A stretch of 64,000 nucleotides of DNA from NCBI GenBank assembly GCA_052426225.1, contig JBNJNM010000010.1, forward strand, positions 1,054,001 through 1,118,000, in the 5' to 3' direction. Position numbers and translations under genes: made by a program. This DNA is from Zancudomyces culisetae HAW-14-8 (lineage: Eukaryota > Fungi > Kickxellomycota). Each line of letters begins with the position of its first letter. The first letter of the stretch is position 1. Below, piece after piece: positions 58,401 through 64,000 of this stretch. The notes under the pieces are model-generated. The model had not been told where the DNA came from. It saw nothing but the letters and a program-made list of their open reading frames with translations, and did not search any database.

Positions 58401-59719
58401 CTTTCCAGCTCGGGTAGCGGCGTTCTTAGTAGCTGGCTTGCTACTCTTCGCTAACGCCAGAGTATCTCCCCTACCATTCTTACTTTGCTCCATCTTGGTT
58501 ACAAAGGTTAGTACCTGCTCTCTATCCAATTCTTCCTTGTCAGATAGTCTTTCTCTAATCTCATCCGAGAATGTACTCACTAGCGAACCAATCTTTGTCT
58601 CTTCTTCTTTTATTCCTACTTGTTCCCAGAGCTTCTCAAGCTCCATCTCTAACTCTTCTAGACTTTCAAACTCGGTGCGTTTGATAGATCCCAACCTGTT
58701 CCAAGCTCCACCTGTGGAGTACACATTGCTGAATTTCTTCCTGAATTCCTTAGCAAAGACATCCCAAGTCGTAAAGCTCTTCTTGTTTCTCTTGTACCAG
58801 ATTGTCTCGGACTTCCCAAGCCACAACTTAACTAACCCAACCCAATCCTCAGGGGCCCACTTGTTAATCTTAGCAATCAATTGGAAATCATCAATCCAGT
58901 CCTCGGCGTTGATTCCTTTTCCACTCTCAAACTTAGTTACTTTGTCCATTGTTAATAACTTTAAATGTAGATTCCGACAGAAGGCACCACGGTCGTATAA
59001 ATGAATTTATTTATACTTTATTTGTTTAATATATATATATAATTGTTCAATAACTAGTATTATCGTTATATTTTAAATACTATATAGTCGTTGAATTTCC
59101 AAAACCTATTTTTATTGTTATATCTCGAATCTGATATCTCTCTCTATCTCCTTCCTCTAAAATAAATACTAAATATATTTTGAATCGAAACCGAAATAAT
59201 TTCACTTATTTACGGTTACGTAATTAAACCAATAAAATTCCTAAAAAATATTATTTCAATTAACCAATAAAACTAAGTATTAAAATAACTAAAAATGTTT
59301 GAATAAAGTCGTATTTGGCACTATACGACATGTGTTATATTTTATTTCTAAAATATATGTATTTACTATAATTGTTCTATAATATTTCATTAAGTTATTG
59401 TTATTAACTATAACAAGGTAATTATATTTTAACTGATTATTTTCTGTATATTTTTCTTTATTTTGTCAAATATTTCCCTTTTTTATACTTTTTTTCTTTC
59501 TTAGTAAAAATTAATTTAAACTAAGATACTGAAACTAAACTTCTTTAATACTAAAACAATAAATGACTATTAAAAATTATATGACTAAACAAACGTTTGT
59601 ATTGCGACACTATGAGTCATCAGAAAAAACTAGATGACGTTATTTTCATCGATAGTGAAAAAAACTGATCCTCATTAGTTATCGCAAACTAATAATTTGT
59701 TCGTTTGCATGATGACTAA

Positions 59720-60118
59720 TTAATTAGTCATCATGCTCTCCTGCCCACTATATGACATGTGTTGTGTCGCATAATGTGAAGTATCACTACTTCCATTAGC
59801 GCTACCATCACGTGTTATACCGGTTCTGGTACGATCACTGATGGTTGATGCACTTCTATTGCGTAATGCAATGTGCATCGAGGGGTGCTCGGGTGAGCTA
59901 ATACCCCTGTACAGTGTCGGTGAAATTGTACTCACCGACATTTCTTCCGGGCTCCTACGGATCTGGAGTTGACGGACACTTTCTGTCAACTCACCAAGGG
60001 TGCGGGGACTTAATACCCCTGCATCCTGATCCATGCTGCTGCCCCTGCTAATGCTGGTAGAAGTGGGTGACTCCCTCCTGGAGTCATCCCCAGTTCCAAT
60101 CCAGCTGTTGATAAACAT
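59720..60118 (-). CDS. Hypothetical 132-aa Ser/Thr/Arg-rich protein
   Basis: GC-richer island coinciding with an ATG-to-stop ORF in very AT-rich DNA; no motif recognised. Confidence 0.45.
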   Translation of the reverse strand: MFINSWIGTGDDSRRESPTSTSISRGSSMDQDAGVLSPRTLGELTESVRQLQIRRSPEEMSVSTISPTLYRGISSPEHPSMHIALRNRSASTISDRTRTGITRDGSANGSSDTSHYATQHMSYSGQESMMTN

Positions 60119-61749
60119 TGTGATTTAAGAGTTTGTTTTTGCTTTTATAATATAAATTTATTTAATTATATTTTTGATATTCCGTATCGAGACATGGATG
60201 AGGTTTTCATGTGTCATCCATACGTCTCCTTAAATATATTATTCAAATTTTAAACCACTATATATAAACTATATACTAAAATATGACTATTGTTATAATA
60301 TTATTAATAATTTGTTTGTTATTAATGATAAATGTAAAATGCCTGGGATCATTTAACATTTTACATTCATCATTATTGAACTAGCTCAGTATGAAAAATT
60401 GATTGCATACTGAGCTCAAAATTATTTGAATTTAATTAAAAAAGTAAACAAAAAATGAATTTGCATTTTCGCACTGAGTGTACCATTTTCAGGCACATCC
60501 GCCTACTCTTATACAAATTGTTAATAATGAAACTCATGTGTTTTGTCTGAATTTATATTCCATTTGTTGGTCTTATCCGACTTTACTGCTTTCTCTAGTA
60601 TTTTGAAATGGTTTATTTACTACCAATATGCGGTAGGACCTTAGTTATTTTGTTAATATTGTTTTGTTTTAATAAAGTGTATATTAAACACCTATCAGAA
60701 AATATGATGCGAAAATCGTATAAGAGAAAAAGCAGAGCTTAAATGCATTTTTCTCGTATATGCTAAAATATTAAAATACTATAAAAAATATAAAAACTAT
60801 CCGAAATTAATTATTAATTGGGAAATGATGATATACGCATAGTGCAAAACCTCATAGGTGTAAAGCACTAGGTAAATCATCACATCTCACACTCGATAAC
60901 CCGAGTGAGACGCCCATATGTCGATCTTTGATGCGACAGTTTGTTGACGAAAATACAGATTCACTATTTTCGTAATACTTTTGTAAATTATTCTATTTAT
61001 AATAACTAATTTATGTGCTATTCTTTTAGATACAAAATAAAGTTATACACTATTGAATATAGACCAAACCTTTTGTTTTAAATTTATTCGAAAATGATTT
61101 TTATAGCTAGAACGCTTAGCCATAATTAAACTTAATTAAATTACTCATATTTACTTTATATCAAATATTATTTAAAACGAATAATATAAACTGAATATTA
61201 TAACAAACCAGAATGTTTATAAAAAAAAATCCAGAAGGATAAAACAAACTAGGCAACACATAATTACTAAATATCCTATAATATTAAATATAATTAATTG
61301 ATAAACCTAAATATTAATAATTAAATAAAATAGTTATTGGTGCGATGATATTATATAATGTCTAGTTGTAGTACAAGACACTTTATAACATTACTGTAAT
61401 ATAATAACAAATTTAAAAGCTCTACTTAATTTTCCGTTACTTAGTGACTAAGTTCTACCTGATGTTTCACTAAAGTACCGTATATATTATATTTTTTATC
61501 TTTATACTACTTTATTTTCTATAGAACTTAAGGATAAAACAAACTTAATTCATCTATATAGAAGATTATAAAAATCATTTATATCCCCTTAAATTATTCT
61601 TATTAATATTTTTACCAAGTTTATGGCAATTTTTTTGAATTATTTTGTCATTTTCTCCAATTATAAAATTAAAATATAAATGTTAAAATATTAATGAAAT
61701 TCAATCGTAAGCTAGCTATGAGTATAATACTTAACATAATATTATTTAA

Positions 61750-61815
61750 ATATGTCCCTTTTTAGGGGCTTAGTACCTAACGCCGAATTCTATCACACTT
61801 GTATAGCTTTATCTA
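61750..61815. repeat. Fragment of C-family LTR
   Basis: Aligns to about 3765-3830 (CCTTTT.AGGGGC.T.GTAC...CACTTGTATAG). Confidence 0.6.
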
Positions 61816-62339
61816 ATACCTAATATTATTTAATTGATTCACAACAATATTGTATATTAAATACAATATTTATTGTCTAATATTAATGATATTACATGTG
61901 AGTCTTTGATATATTAATTTAAATTTTATAATATTTAATTAATATTTAAATAAAGTTTAAAACATAATTATTTATAATCATGATTAATAATATTGCATCA
62001 TCATTATTATGCATTATATTAATTAAATAAGTTTATTAGGTATAAATATTTATGATATAATTAGATTTAGATTTAAAATTAGTTGTATTACAAACATAGT
62101 TGATAAAAGGGTATACATTTCCCTTTATGAACAACTAAGTTTAACAATCTCATTTATTACTTATTAAGTTTATTAGAAATTCTAAATAATTACTGTGTGT
62201 TAAAAATATTTTATTAGTTCTTTCAAAAACTATCTGTGTGATAGTTAGTTAATACCATAAATTTGTGTATAATATCGGTATTTAACAAATAGTTGATTAT
62301 TCATATTAGTTGATACCTAATAATACTAGTGGTTCATCG

Positions 62340-63168
62340 GCGAAAGGGTAAAATTTTCACATTTATACACTCAATGAGGAATCCTTAACTTTTTATTGGT
62401 TTTAAAGATACAAGTAAAAGAAAGTATAATATAGAATCATTTGAACAATAAAAGATCGTATAATAAGGTTTATTAATTATTCCTTATATTAATGTTTAGA
62501 CATATATGCGAAGATTACATCCATTAAAAAATAATTAAATCTATATGAAGGTCATATAGCAACTCCATTCAGTTATATTGTCATGATTTATTGTTCCATC
62601 TGTTTTTAAATACATTTTTTGTAATTAATTACTAAATTAATGCGCTATATTCTCAAATATCATTTAGGGAAATATGATTTTGTTGATTGCGCAGTAGATT
62701 AGGTAATTACGTATCGTGTTAAAATTACGACATTTTGTAGCGCAATATACATGATATACATTATTAATCTATTGATTAGTAATCATTCTTGTATTCTAAC
62801 ATTCTAAAATACTCTAGTTAGTTATTACACCGTTTTATTTAGTTTAAGTAGTTTTGGAAAAGTATGTATAGCTATAGATTATATTGAAAGTGAATCTTCA
62901 GCAATTTAATAATTCTCAAGATATTTACTACTAGTAATAATTAAATAAACATAATAGAAATATACCTAGTTGTCAGGCCCTGACAATCATTCAACAGTTA
63001 AAGGATAATAACGCTATTCTTTTGACAGTGACCGTTGAGGAGTATTCAATATGAATATAGAACCTGAACTGTCACGGAATCCTTTCCATGAGTTAGGGGA
63101 GATAGTTAACAGGATTTATAACTATTAGAAACCGACCAATGAATTGCACTACCCGGTCACGTCCGACA
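62340..63168 (+). repeat. Decayed copy of the 18515-19251 LTR, interrupted by LTR 62579-62985
   Basis: Shares ACTCAATGAGGA and the terminal CCGGTCACGTCCGACA; start approximate. Confidence 0.7.
62579..62985. repeat. Solo LTR (family of 23716-24121)
   Basis: TGTCATGA...TGTCAGGCCCTGACA; splits the ORF-like part of the host LTR. Confidence 0.75.
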
Positions 63169-63611
63169 TTAAATACTTTATTATAACTTTTTGTCACGAC
63201 TTGATCTCAGTACTATAATTAAAACTTGATTATGGTATATTTATATTATTACTATGGATTTATAAGTATCATATTATTATTCATATTTCCGAAGCGTAAA
63301 TTTTTTTACTTTAACGTTTCAAGTTTAATAAATACTTGAAAAACCTACAAAAGTTTAATTTGAAACTTTATACTTTTAAATAATGTATAAAATCATGTTG
63401 ACACCACAGTTTATATTAATTATATTTACTATAAGTTAAATAGTAAAATTAGAACATTCTCTATAATTCCAAATTTATGGATTTAGATATGTGAATAATA
63501 TTATTATATTATAAAATTTTGATAATTAAAAGTGTTTAAAAATATAATAAAATATCATGAGTATATAATGTCAATAACCTTAATATTATAATATATTACC
63601 TGGATTTGTAC

Positions 63612-63960
63612 TTATTTACCGATTATGTTAATTTGAAAGCCTGATGTACTTGGTTGATCCTGGCGTTCAGGGTGTTTATAGTTTTGCAGTGGGATAAACA
63701 TAGGTCGACTCAGGAAAACTGCTACGGGATTATCCTTTCCCTTGCGGTGATTAAGGTTGAAGTCTAACTCGGCTAACTTTGCAATACATTTGGCTACACG
63801 GAGTGTAAAATCTGGCCGTGTCATTAGATATTTAGCAGCCGAATCGTCGGTATAGACTGTAAAATCGCTGTAAGCTAAATACGAACGCAAATATTTGATG
63901 GCTAACACTATAGCCAGACACGATCGTTCGTATGCCGAATATCACGTCACCGTGTCGCTA
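63612..63960 (-). pseudogene. Ty3/Gypsy RNase H remnant
   Basis: AIKYLRSYL...FTVYTD, HRKGKDNPVAVFLSR. Confidence 0.8.
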
Positions 63961-64000
63961 AGTTTATGTGAATAGTATTTACTGGAATTAGGGAATCTCC

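Larger units (their letters stand above)
49090..58949 (-). pseudogene. gag-pol of F split in the integrase zinc finger by H
   Basis: ...RQVADY| H |VKRCHTCQ...; ORFs 55629-58949 and 49090-50037. Confidence 0.93.
48714..59330 (-). mobile_element. Ty3/Gypsy element F (D-related), interrupted by H; LTRs 48714-49078 and 58991-59330
   Basis: TSD TGTG; 5' LTR has a 25-bp deletion and a mutated end; same PBS as D. Confidence 0.95.

Noticed and set aside
58351-59004. Long antisense ORFs opposite gag-pol (also 41314-41847, 572-1060, 53535-53906 and others)
   Set aside because: Shadow frames of the coding strand with no recognisable motifs; their similarity between D and F follows from sense-strand homology.

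Overview
AT-rich eukaryotic, most likely fungal, DNA made almost entirely of nested transposable elements; I found no convincing host protein-coding gene. Two Ty3/Gypsy communities coexist. (i) Single-ORF elements without a chromodomain: tRNA-primed, LTR ends TGTYGTA...TAYRACA, 4-bp TSDs (X at 1-3040, C at 3742-8422, D at 37240-42320, E at 42323-48709, F at 48714-59330, plus many solo LTRs). These are stacked end to end, 0-5 bp apart, starting 8-10 bp upstream of a dimeric tRNA-Leu(AAG)/tRNA-Ala(AGC) gene. That gene is present twice (27857-28015 +, 37071-37229 -) because of a near-perfect inverted duplication. The stacks look like polarised insertion records, youngest element nearest the tRNA. 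(ii) Tf1/sushi-like chromoviruses: apparently self-priming, gag/pol -1 frameshift, 5-bp TSDs (8630-14211, 30979-36742, 50100-55658), inserted inside other TEs. One carries an antisense tRNA-headed, UUCG-hairpin putative Pol III unit in its 3' UTR. Also present: a decayed LINE, a decayed Tc1 (DD34E) transposon and further Gypsy remnants. Element letters are my own labels; all alignments were done by eye.
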